Assembly: GCA_051294905.1 (NCBI GenBank) | Contig: CM119378.1 | Location: 7,440,001-7,504,000, forward strand | Direction: 5' to 3' | Source of the DNA: Botryllus schlosseri | Taxonomy: Eukaryota | DNA: 64,000 nt | Part shown: piece by piece, positions 49,101 to 61,100 of the stretch | How positions within the stretch are numbered: position 1 is the first letter of the stretch | How the letters are laid out: the number at the start of each line of letters is the position of its first letter | The notes under the pieces: model-generated | Seen by the model: only the letters and a program-made list of their open reading frames with translations | What the model was told of the DNA's origin: nothing | Databases searched by the model: none | Translations under genes and position numbers: made by a program

Positions 49101-52100
49101 TAATGTTATGATATACAGAGGAGTGAGAGGGCTGTTATGTGTCTGTAAATATGTGAAAGCTGAAATCTCCATGAAATCACTATTTGGACTGCCGTCAGAA
49201 TACCATTACTCAATGTGGAGTAGGGTTACGGAATGGGTTTTTGAATGACAGAGGCGTCATTACGCATGATCGCTTAAAAGTACAATAGACGGGCAAATTA
49301 GCATAATCCGGTTAGACACATTAATGTTGGAACCGAATGATTTATGGCGATTATGCTGAACAAGAAATCTGTATAGCGAAATTACACTTCCTTGCTAAAA
49401 GTTACGAAATTTAAGAAACCGTTGGGTTTAGACTCAGCGTAACATGAACGTGGCGATATAGCGTGTGCCGTATTAATATCGAAAGCTGAAATTCAAATTC
49501 GCGTTATGTGATAAGGTATCCGTTCACGAATTTAAAAAACGATTTCCGTAACTAGTCATTTCTTAATATTCACGTGTCCGATATCTATGAATCCAAACCA
49601 ATGTACGCTGTTCAGTTATTATTCGACTGAACAAGATATGACATATTAAATAGCGAATTTTACAATAGGTCTATATATTGAGCTGAGATGAGAACATTAC
49701 GGTCGTAATGTTAATAAATTTGAAGTCACCGATAACACCTTAACTTAGCAGAGGCCATTAAGCTATGAAGGTTGATAAAAATGCGTTGTAGGCATAAATG
49801 AGATGCTGATCGACATTACAATCAATGCATATAAATCTGACACGAGACTGCGGTACCGGTCAAAGGTTCTATCGTGTGGACATTGGAATGATCGCTAAGA
49901 GGCCGCCTTAAAACCTTCGTCCGTCCAATCTGCAGGTTTGTTCGGACTAGGAAGCGTTTAGCCCTTAACTTCACCCCGTACGCCACACACCCGGGTCGAA
50001 TGAATGACCAGTTCCCGATTTCCCGCATCTCAATTCCATATACAATGAGAGGTGTCGTGTAATTGCACAAAATCGGTGATAATTTCTCAGTAATGTGGGA
50101 CATATAACCATTATTAGCGCGAGGTGATCCCATAAGATATAGTGCTAGACGAATTCAACGATTGTGGGATAAGTTAATTTGATCTGTGCACAAGATGAAT
50201 CCCATATTAACGAATTCAAGCAAAAGATACCTAAGACCTAATTCACATTCGACCATATCTTAGCGTAATATTTTGGTTGGAAATCATAGGTTAGACGTTA
50301 GAGACACGGGTAACGCGTATCGAATGTAATGCGCTCATATATTCATTCCTCTCAGAAAAATTAGCGCCGGCTCTCTGGGCAATGGTCAACAGTTGTTCAT
50401 GTATGCTAGAATGTAATAAGTAGTATGTAATGCGCTTCATTTTGTTAACAACCAAAGTCATTTGCCTCTGCGCGTCAATCATATATTGACTCAGAAAAGC
50501 TGAGCTATCATTTACTGACGGCGCGACACAATTTTGAACGGGAAGGCGATTTGATTCTTGCGGGTCGTCGGCCCTGTGCTCTGATTGCCCCGGCGGTCCG
50601 GAGAAAATGGCGTCGTTATTTTGAACAATTTTATCAATCTGATTAACTGGAGCTTCGCCTAAATACGTAGGCTCGTTTATGGCAGTGTTGGGATCAAGTC
50701 ACTACCTTCGAGTCACGAGTCATTCCGAGTCATTGGACATTTTGACTCGAGTCAAGTCAAGTCAATCGATTTTCAAAGGTGACTCGAGTCAAGTCAAGTC
50801 AATCGATTTTCGGAGGTGACTCGAGTCAAGTCGAGTCAAGTCAAGTCAAGTCACGAGTCAAGTCACATTTCAAGTCAAGTTGCATTTTCGAAGTGTGAGG
50901 CATGATTACGTCATTGTATTATGCTAGCTGTCTGAAATACAGATTGAGTGGTCACTGATTCCAAACCGATGAACGAATATAGAGGTAAATATACACGCTA
51001 GAAGACGTTGTATCGCTCACGTATACGTAGAACTGTTGCATGGCCTCAGTTGATAGTCACCAACCAAAATACAGAATGGAGAAACGAAGTGATAAGATGT
51101 AATACATTACCCATTTAAAATTAGATATGATACAATTCGAGCATGCGCTAATGGTCGACGACAATATAACGTATATTAGAATTCAATTTCAATAAAACAA
51201 GAGGTTTGGTAAAGGTAAAAGAACAGAGACAGAATATACACTTTGCTATTTTATTACTTTACTGTACTACTATAGTTTACGACAACATAAGCTTCGATCA
51301 CTTCGTTTGCGGTCAATTTATTTATGAGAGAACAATCGAGGCTCAGTAAAATGCTCGATCAATGAATGATTGGTCGCTTTCCAGGGTTACACCAGCGTTT
51401 CGAGAACAATCCGAACATATGCAAGATACAGTGATTTTTATCGACACCGATCACTTGATGACTTGAAATTGACTCGTGAATTTTGGTCCGAGTCACGAGT
51501 CAATCCACATTTCTGATACGCCGAGTCAAGTCAAGTCAAGTCATTTTAGCAAAGTGACTCGAGTCAAGTCAAGTCATACGAAAAAGGTGACTCGAGTCTG
51601 ACTCGAGTCAAGTCATGACTCGAGTCATCCCAACACTGGTTTATGGCACAGCTGATAGGAAAGGCGTGCCTAATTCTTTCATCGGCAATACCGGGTAAAG
51701 CAACTGCGTGCTTAACATCTTTAGCGTGACCGATTTCAGAGTATAGTACCTTCTCAGCTGGTAGCAAATTTTTACTCGCCATTTAGACACTTTAGTAAAC
51801 ACTTGTCTATGGCAACATTGAATATGTAACGACAATATAACAATAACACTTCCAAAATCATTAACACATACACAATTCAATAGGGTCAGCTGTCATGAGT
51901 TTTCAACAGAAATTGAGAATTAAAAACGTGTACCGTGTTCGTCCGTGTGGGTGTAGAATGTCCTTGTCGTCGATAGCAAACGTCCGTCTTAGTATTGAAG
52001 ATGTATATCTCACGACTGACTCGGCGGCGCCATGCAGGATTTAGAGCTTATTGTCTCTGGTGATCTGTATTAGAAGCGTGGCTAACCAAATATCTTGGGA

Positions 52101-55100
52101 TTTCGGCTATACTTGAATACTTAACTCAGAAGCTGTTCCTTTGGTGAAGTTCTTCGTAACAGATATATACTCAATACAATGGTTTATTCAGAACGTTGTA
52201 CAGTAGTTTGCGTGAGTCTCATAATCATAGTAAAAGGTAATCCTCTAACACGTGTTACATACACTTATATAGAAGTCTCGAGTAATCACAAGAAGAAGTA
52301 GTTTCTTATCCGAGACATAGTGAAATATCATGGGCGAGTGATCACAGCGGAATAGCTGCACCGGTACAGTGATTGCATGAATGATAATAATAAAAATGGG
52401 TTGATATGTCACTGTTATTATCAATTCTGCATTGGCAAACATGTTAAAGGTTATTCAATGTGCGATTCCTTACCAAGTTGCTGCAGTTGAATCATTGATA
52501 CAGAATTACAGATATGTTGAAAATTTTGTATTTACCATTATTCACATTTTTGGCACGAGGCAGGTCAGAAGTTGAACTGATACTACTATAATGGTATAAA
52601 CTTTTCAGAAGTCAGATGTGAAATTATAACAGAGAGAAGCTTTGGTACACCAATGGATCAATACCAGCAAAAGATACCTACGCTTTCACAAGATTGTATA
52701 TATGGAACAGTTTGTACAGTTTCTTGTGCGCGGGGATATCAGTTCGCGGTTGGTAAAGACAGAGCAACCTTAACCTGTGGTACCCTTAGTGAGAAATGGG
52801 AATCGACTCCTGGTGATGTTGGACTCTGTGAGCGTAAGTCTAATTTATGTCCTTTGAAGCATTGGTTGATACACTATCGTTTTTTTCCAGCAATCATTGA
52901 AACAAGAAAGAACTGTCAATATTGGTTTTCTGGAACCGAAAGAAGATCGGAAACCAATGCCAAGAAACATTGCAAAGATGTGTTAGGGGAAAACGCAGCT
53001 CTAGCCATTCTCAAACAAAGTGATTGGATCGCATCTTTACGATTACTGGAACCACGTCTAGTGGGAGCTTACGTCAAGAAGAAGGGGTATTGGAATGATG
53101 GAGTACGGATTAAAGGTATATGCAGAAGTGATAGGCTACTGATAGATTGTGTGTGTTTAGTTAGGGTTGCCATACACCCTCTTTTAAGAGGATTTGTCCT
53201 CTATTTTCTTAAGGATGATGCCCAAATGTCCTCTTTTTTGAGAATTTTGTTTAAATGTATGTCAAAATACAGCTGAGATATAGGAAATCAGTACTCAAGT
53301 ATCTTTCGGATCATTCGAGCAAGTAAATCGACCTTTTTTTAGTCAACCAACTACAAACTCACAATAAATTTACCAATTTTTCCGGATTTTACTCCGGTAT
53401 TGTAAGTAAATGGAAATTTTGGAAAACTGTCCTCTTTTCAGATTCTCAAAATATGGTAACCCTAGTTCAGAAGTTCAGTATTTAGCTGTCGGTAATACTC
53501 CAGCGTCAGGATTAGCCTAGTGCCGTCATCATTGGGAAAATTAGCTATTTCATTTTGACCATCGACGCTGGCTACTTGTTGCTCACATACTGTGCTTGCA
53601 TGCATACAAAGTGGTGAATGACCATTATAATAGCAATTTGGACGAGTTTGTGTCGATTGGACTTTGTAGTAGACCATTTTTGATTGAAATGTCATGTTTT
53701 ACAGGAATTTGTTTATATTTGAACGATTACCAGTGAACTCGGCCCTTGGTGAATTCGGCCCTCGGGAAATTTTGTAAACTATTAATACGAACTATTAAAC
53801 TAATAATATTATTATCAATTGATTTGTCAATATTGTACGAAGGTCAGGGCATGCATAGATCACGAGATCACGGATTGAGTAAGCGCGGGAGATAACGCGA
53901 CGCTCACATATCAACCACGCGTGGTCTGCTTGTTTACTTTGTGGTATTCATGGTGTTTCTCGACTACTATGGCCCTCGGTGAATTCGGCCCTCGAACAAT
54001 TTTGCAATAAAAATGCATTTAATGTGATATATGATTCTCAGGTAGGGAACAATCACGTGCCGTGGTAGATCTCGCAGTGCAAGAGCCTGATATCGAAGAC
54101 TCCACCAGCACGCACGCTACCGGTTCACCGTGATTGGTTACCGGAATTAATCGAATGTAAACAATAAACATGGAATGGCAACGACCGATTTTGCAGCTTT
54201 GCTGAGGTTATATTAGGAATTATTTTGCAGCAGCGACTGTAGGATTTCTGGCAATTCAAAAGTTATCTTCCAGAGAACAGAATTTACTGAATCCGGTCTT
54301 GATCAAAAGCTACTGTCGCACTGATTCCGAAAATATAAAGGAAATGGTTGGGGGATATTCATGTCATGGCACCCTAATCTTGGGATACCCTAACCCTAAC
54401 TTGGACCCTAACAAACTTCAACCCTAATATCCCCCTCCTCCAACCCTAATACCCCCCAACCCTAATATCCCCCTCCCCCAACCCTAATGACCCTCCTCCC
54501 CTAACCCTAATCTTGGGATACCTTAACCCCAACTTGGACCCTGACCCACCACCAACCCAAATATCCCCCAACCCTAATCTAGGGATACCTTCACCCCAAC
54601 TTGAACCCTAACCCACCACCAACCCTAATATCCCCCACCACCAACCCTAATATGCCCCTCCCCCAACCCTAATGTCCCCCTCCCCCAACCCCAATGTCCC
54701 GCACCCAACCCTATTGTCCCCCTCCCCCAGCCCTAATATCCCGCCTACCCAACCCTAATGCCCCACCCCCAACCGACAGTTGCAATAACGAGCAGACCAC
54801 GTGTGGTTGATATGTGAGCGTCGCGTTAACTCCCGCGCTTACGCAATCCGTGATCTAATCACGCCGTGACTGCGTGATCTAAGCATGCCCTGACCTCCGT
54901 ACAATATTGACAAATCACTTGATAATAACATTATTAGTTTAATAGTTCATATTAATACACTTCATTACAAAATTTCCCGAGGGCCGAATTCATCAAGGGC
55001 CGAGTTCACCGAGGGCCGAGTTTGTAAGGCCGAGTTCACCGGCAACCGTTTGAACTGAACAACCATGTGGTTTCCCTTTGCAACTTGGATATATGTGGTT

Positions 55101-58100
55101 AAACATGTACCCAACACATTCAGTATTATCAAATATCCATGAGTAATTGCGTTTACTGCACTTAGTGCATTCAGCTTGTAACTTTGAGTGCCAGTCTGAT
55201 GAATGAGGCCGATTTTTTAAATCTGTGTAACGCCCCTGCTTTGCAACAGAACTCAATCTCCTCCATTATTCGGCACTTCTTCGATGGCAGTCAGAAATCG
55301 AAAAGTGTTCACCATGATCACCAATGAATGTTTTCCATGAACACAAACAAAAATTTAGAAACGTCAAAATGTATTGTTTTTGCGTTTGGAGAGGGTTAGG
55401 GTCAAAGTTGGGTTTAGGGTATCCCAGGATTAGGGTTGGTGTATTAGGGTGGGGGCCGGGGATATTAGGGTTGCGGGAGGGGGGATATTGGGGTTGGGGT
55501 TAGGGGGATATTTGGGTTGGAGTTAGAGGGACATTAGGGTTGGGGGGTTGGAGGTGGGTTAGGTTCAAAGTTGGGGTTAAATTACCCCTAACCGGGGTTT
55601 AACCCACCTCCAATCTCCCTTTCCTCCAACCCTAATATCCCCTCTCCCACAGCCCTAATATCCCCCTAACCCCAATATCCCACAACCCTAATACCCTCTA
55701 CCGCAACCCTAATACCCCCCCTAACCCCAGCTCTAATACCCCCTCCCCTAACCCTAGTATCCCCTCTCCCACAGCCCTAATATCCCCCTAACCCCAACCC
55801 TAATATCCCCCCTCCCACAACCCTAATATCCCCCCTCCCACAACCCTAATATCCCCCTCATGCAACCCTAACCCCAGCCCTAATATCCCCCTCCCGCAAC
55901 CCTAATATCCCCCTCCCACAACCCTAATATCTCCCTAACCCCAACTCTAATATCCCCCTCCCGCAACCCTGATATCCCCCTCCCACAACCCAGAGATGAG
56001 CGGATTTGAAATTTCTATGTCCTAATCCAATCCAAATCCGAACCTTCAAATCCAAATCCTAATCCATAACTTTTTCATATTCAAGTCCATGTCCAATCCT
56101 AATCCGATTCCAACTGGAAATTCAGAAAAAATACTAATTTATGCAATGGATGGATTCGAAAATTTTCTTTCACAACCAACGATTCACTTGATATAAGATA
56201 ACTTAGTAACCATAAGTACATTTATAACTGATCTGAATAAAGTTTGTCGCCATTCGCCACACGACATTTCAATCTCCCAGAAAACAGGTAAATCCAATCC
56301 AAATCCTAATCCGTTCTGAAAAAATTGTCTAATCCAAATCCGACAAAATTTCACAAATCCTGTTTTTTCAAAACCTAATCCTAATCCATGCTCATCTCTG
56401 CCACAACCCAAATATCCCCGCTCCCAAAACCCTAATATCCCCCTTCCCTAATCTTGGGATACCTAATCCCAACTTTGACCCTAACCCACTTCCGATCTCC
56501 CTTTCACCCCAACCCTAATATCCGTCTCTCCAAAGGCACAAAAAACATTTATTTCGACGTTTATAAATTTTTGTTCGTGATCATGGAAAACATTCATTGG
56601 TGATCATGGTGAACACTTTTCGATCTCTGACTGCCATCGAAGAAGTGCCCATTATTCTACATACTGCTGTGATATGCTGTACCATTCCAATACCAACCAA
56701 TATCTTTCTCATAGCATCCTAGTCCTTAGTAGTTTTACGCGATCTCAAGTTTTTCAATGCTACTAGGCTCATTTCAAAACAGAGGAACATGTGTGAGTTT
56801 GGATAACGCAAAGAAATTGATTCCATCGGCATGTGACTCAAAGCATATGTTCATATGTGAAAAACCACCACAGGGAAGTAAGTTCTGTATTATTCGAGAA
56901 ATCTGAATTTTCAATTTACCTATAATGTTAAAACATGAAGGGAATCCATGTGATGATTCTAAAAACTGTTCCGGTAATGGTCACTGTACTCCTGTTGGCT
57001 GCTCCTTTCTTTGTAAATGTCAAGATATATACTATGGAAGGTATTGCAACAAAGGTGAGAACCATTGATAACAATATTTTTCCTGGCTATAATGTCTTAG
57101 TAATTGCAGGGCCTTTAACTATTGGAATTGCGAAGACTTCAATAGTAGGACAATACGAGATAGCACTCAAAAACGATGCTGACAACTATACAGGAGTATT
57201 CTATTTTCTGGTTAACGGCAAGGAAGAGAGGAATGTGACCTTGGGCCCTGAAGATAAGGAGAAGTATGATACAATGCAATTTGTTGAGAGTGGTGCCAGC
57301 ATTCTGTAAAAATCCTGAGGGGCATGCTGAATTTATTTTTATGAATCTCTCGTGGAAGCTGTTGCATCATTAATTCCAGGTTTGATTACAACTTGGAAAA
57401 GCCTGTGATGAAATATGAGACATACCTGAGCGTAGAAGCATCATTACTTGAAAGGCCAGTAACGGTGTCGGAATGTAAACGCATTCCTGGTCTAGAAAGT
57501 CTGACAAACATCACCAATGATGAATGCAATGGACATGTTTTGAATGTTTCTTGGCCAGGATTTGTTGATGACGCGCAGGATTCAAGGCCTTATTCTGTGT
57601 ATATAATGGGGAAACTGTAAGCGTTTTGTTATAATCAGCATTAGTGTTGAGGTAGTAACTCCCCTTCATAGAATACAAGGACAATATGAATTGGTATCAA
57701 AATTAATTGCAGTAATCTGGATGTCTGTCTCCAATGTAATTAGTTCTATTGACTGTCTCGGCAAATACCTATACCAGCCACCTACGCCATGTAGCACCTA
57801 TTATAAAATTTATATTGATGAATCATATGTTTGTGTTGAAAGCAGGGCACGGTATGGTATGGAATGGGAATCTTCCATACTCCATACCCTCCCAATCGTT
57901 CCATACCATACTTGACAATTTTCCATGCGATAGCAACATTATTCCATACCATATTTGACACTTTTTCCATACTGTCGCAACTTGACCAACCTCTTAAGTG
58001 ATATTATATTTTTGATGTGTGGAAATGTTCCGGCGTTTATATTCTAATTATTTTGGATGAGATTATCTATTTAAACAGCCCCGATGCACCAATAATATCC

Positions 58101-61100
58101 CCAGTTTCTTTATATCATATGTCGTCAGCGATTTACGAACATATACTATAGGCCTATACACACGTGATTATTTGAAAATCACAACAGAATTTCACGGCAT
58201 GTAAATCTAGTGTGGTAACGCACTGCTAGCAGTAACCTCATCAACAGAATTACATAAAACAAAGGTATTGTCAAATAATAAGATAGGTTCCCAACCTTTA
58301 CACACTTTAAAATTTCTCCTCCAATAAAATTTGGTAAGACTTTATTTTGTAAAGACTTGCTATTGGTGAAATTTAAGACCCCCGGAATGGAACAGCACGC
58401 AATAAAATTAATGAGCAGTGAACTGGCAACCGTACACGTGACGTTGCGTCTCGGTAAAATGTGTATGTAAGGTGAGCCTACAGAAAAATAGGAAAGGTTT
58501 GAAATTTTTCCAAATGTACCAATGTAGCATCAATTTACATATGTAAATGACGAGTATATTGCATGGATCAGATAAACTCCCTGGTGTTGACGTACTTATG
58601 CGTATGGTGGATATAAGCCACCATAACCTACACTGTCGCTCGCTACTATAACTCGAGCGGCAAGAAATATGTCATTTCATCAGTAACGAGTCCGGCTATG
58701 TTATCAATTAGCGATTCCACGGTCTCCCGTGAATACATATTCATATACATATGAACTTAATTTTAACAAAGCAGGTGATTTCAATCACACCAATTCGCAT
58801 ACGAATGAATAACAACCTATATGAGGGAAATCGCGTGACGCTATATCCAATCGATTCTCGCTAATTGGAGGCACTGATAATACGAATTGCTGAATTGCAA
58901 ATGAGCGAAGAAATATTAGTGATATATACGATCGGCATTTCATACAGACGTTTAATAAACGAAGTTAAAAATGTAAAGAATTTGTTTTCCAATTGAGTCT
59001 ATTCCCAACCAGAAGCCCCCATCGGTTGGAAACACCTGCATTAGAATATATCTTGAAATACAATTTTACATCAGTACAACCATTTTGCGACAGCTGATCA
59101 AATGTCTATTTTCCGTGCCTATCTGTGGATCACACTCATTAGCTTTATTAGCCAACATCAAGGTGTCCGCTTTCCATTACATCAAAAATAACCAGATTTC
59201 ATGAAGTCACAATGCGTGTTGTAGGCCGGCATATCGTAACGTCACTCCAAGACAAGCTACATATTACAATGATGGTTCAGTCAAATAGATATTGCGTGAT
59301 GATCATTCTCCCAAAGCGCAGAAAATTATTTCCAAGTTCAACAAATTGATAAAAATATTCATGTAACTTCTACTTTCTCAGAGTCTGCGATTATAAAACT
59401 TCCATTGGTTATTTACGCAGTGGAAAGTTACGATGAGCGAAATGCAATTGTAACGCGACAGCGGTCGAATATCATTCATTTTTATGATATTTGAATTGGA
59501 AGAATTATCAATAACATTATTTTCATTGATATTCGCGTCACGAAACTTTGCTGTCTTCAAATAGATGTCGAACGGGATGGGTGAGTCATGATTCATGAAT
59601 CACAATTTGAGATATGAACTTGGACAGTGAGTGATTTTCTGTGGTATGCAATCAATTTGAGAAATCGAAAGTAGGATTATTGTCATGGTTCTGGCAGAAC
59701 TGTCAAAGTATGAAAACAGTACAGAAGTATGGAGAACACGTTCCATACCATACTTGGTAAATTTCCATAAAATACCATACTTGCACTTTTCCATATTCCA
59801 TACCGAAATTTCGTTCCATACCATACTTCATACCATACCATACCATGCCCTGGTTAAAAGGCAAGATGAATATCCTTATAGAAAATTTACCCCTAATATG
59901 GACCATTTAGCATGAAATGCAATTCAATAGACTTGATTTTATGTTCTTTAACAATCGTTATTCACGGCTTCTGACCTCATGTTCAGGATCGGAAGATCAC
60001 GCGCAGGGGAATGGTTTCAAATCTCTGAACTAGATCCTGGTCGTAACACTCTTGTCCAGGTTTGTACTCTGCTTGCAGGAAGCGAAACCACATTTGTAAT
60101 TCGACATCACATTTTAGGTTATTCCGCATGTTCGCGGATGTGACGGTCTTAACATACAAAAAGACTACGAGAAGATTATCACCAGAACAGCAAAAGGCCC
60201 TCCCGACTCTCCTGTCGTTTGGGCACCAAAGAAAGCAATTGGTATTCTGCCTGACCAAAGCTGTCACATAAACTGGACATTGAACGGGAAGGAGAATGCT
60301 GGTGGATATAAGGTAAATTTGTTGTCTGGGCTGAGGAGTTTATTGTTTCACGTACACCCGTTCTCATCCAGGTGAAGATCGTTGAATTTGCACGATCGTC
60401 GAAAATGGCGCATGGAAATGAAAGCATTTTTAATATTCATCCTACTAATGACACCTATAATTTCACAACAAAACCGAATTCTGTTTACAACATATCTGTG
60501 GGAACGGTAGCCCTTCCCATATGTCCAGATGTTCCTGTGAATTGGAGTCCTACAGTTAGTGGCTGTACTAGCGAAACTAGTGGTAAGTGAATCGTAGCAG
60601 TGATTTCCAACCCTTTTCTCCTCATGTAATGGTGATAATTCAACCGAGGTCCGTCAAAGATTGTTCTAATTTTGATGTATTTGAACGAAGGCTCTTAAAA
60701 TTGCAAAATTTTTAGTGGCCAGTTTACAACGTTGTTTTGTTTTGGCAGCTATAAATTTATTCTTAGTTTGTAGTTGGTTGACTAAAAAAAGGTCATCACT
60801 ATGATTCGACTACCGAATTACCCACTTTTCCCGTTAATGTTGTGGTATTGACTAAAAAAAAAGTCGTCTTTCTGGTTCTACTCCCGAAAGACCCGCCTGA
60901 GTACTTGAGTACTAATTTCCTATATCTCAGTTTAAATTTCACATACATTAAACCAAAATTTTCAAAAAATAGGACAAAGTCTCAAAAATAGGACAGTCGG
61001 CCTATTTCGGCTCGTTCGTGAATCGCATAATATTGTTTGCAAATCTGGTGTTTAAAGGGTAGAGATAAAATTACCCGTTGGGGTAAGAGGGGTGTGAGCG

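Larger units (their letters stand above)
45972..52360 (-). mobile_element. LTR retroelement, apparently non-autonomous (LARD-like)
   Basis: 328-bp LTRs (45972-46299, 52033-52360) with TG...CA ends and one difference seen; 4-bp TSD CCGG; PBS-like TGGCGCCGCCGAG next to the minus-strand 5' LTR; short purine tract GAGTGGAAATAA before the 3' LTR; no RT/IN-sized ORF. Confidence 0.9.

Noticed and set aside
52653-53276. 207-aa ORF, the longest in the track, as a standalone gene
   Set aside because: It reads through a sushi exon, a 57-nt in-frame intron, the lectin-like exon and then a MITE.
55390-56520. Head-to-head TTAGGG/CCCTAA arrangement as an ancestral telomere fusion site
   Set aside because: The hexamers are embedded in about 22-bp units and the array is bounded by TIRs with a perfect TSD, so it is transposon cargo.
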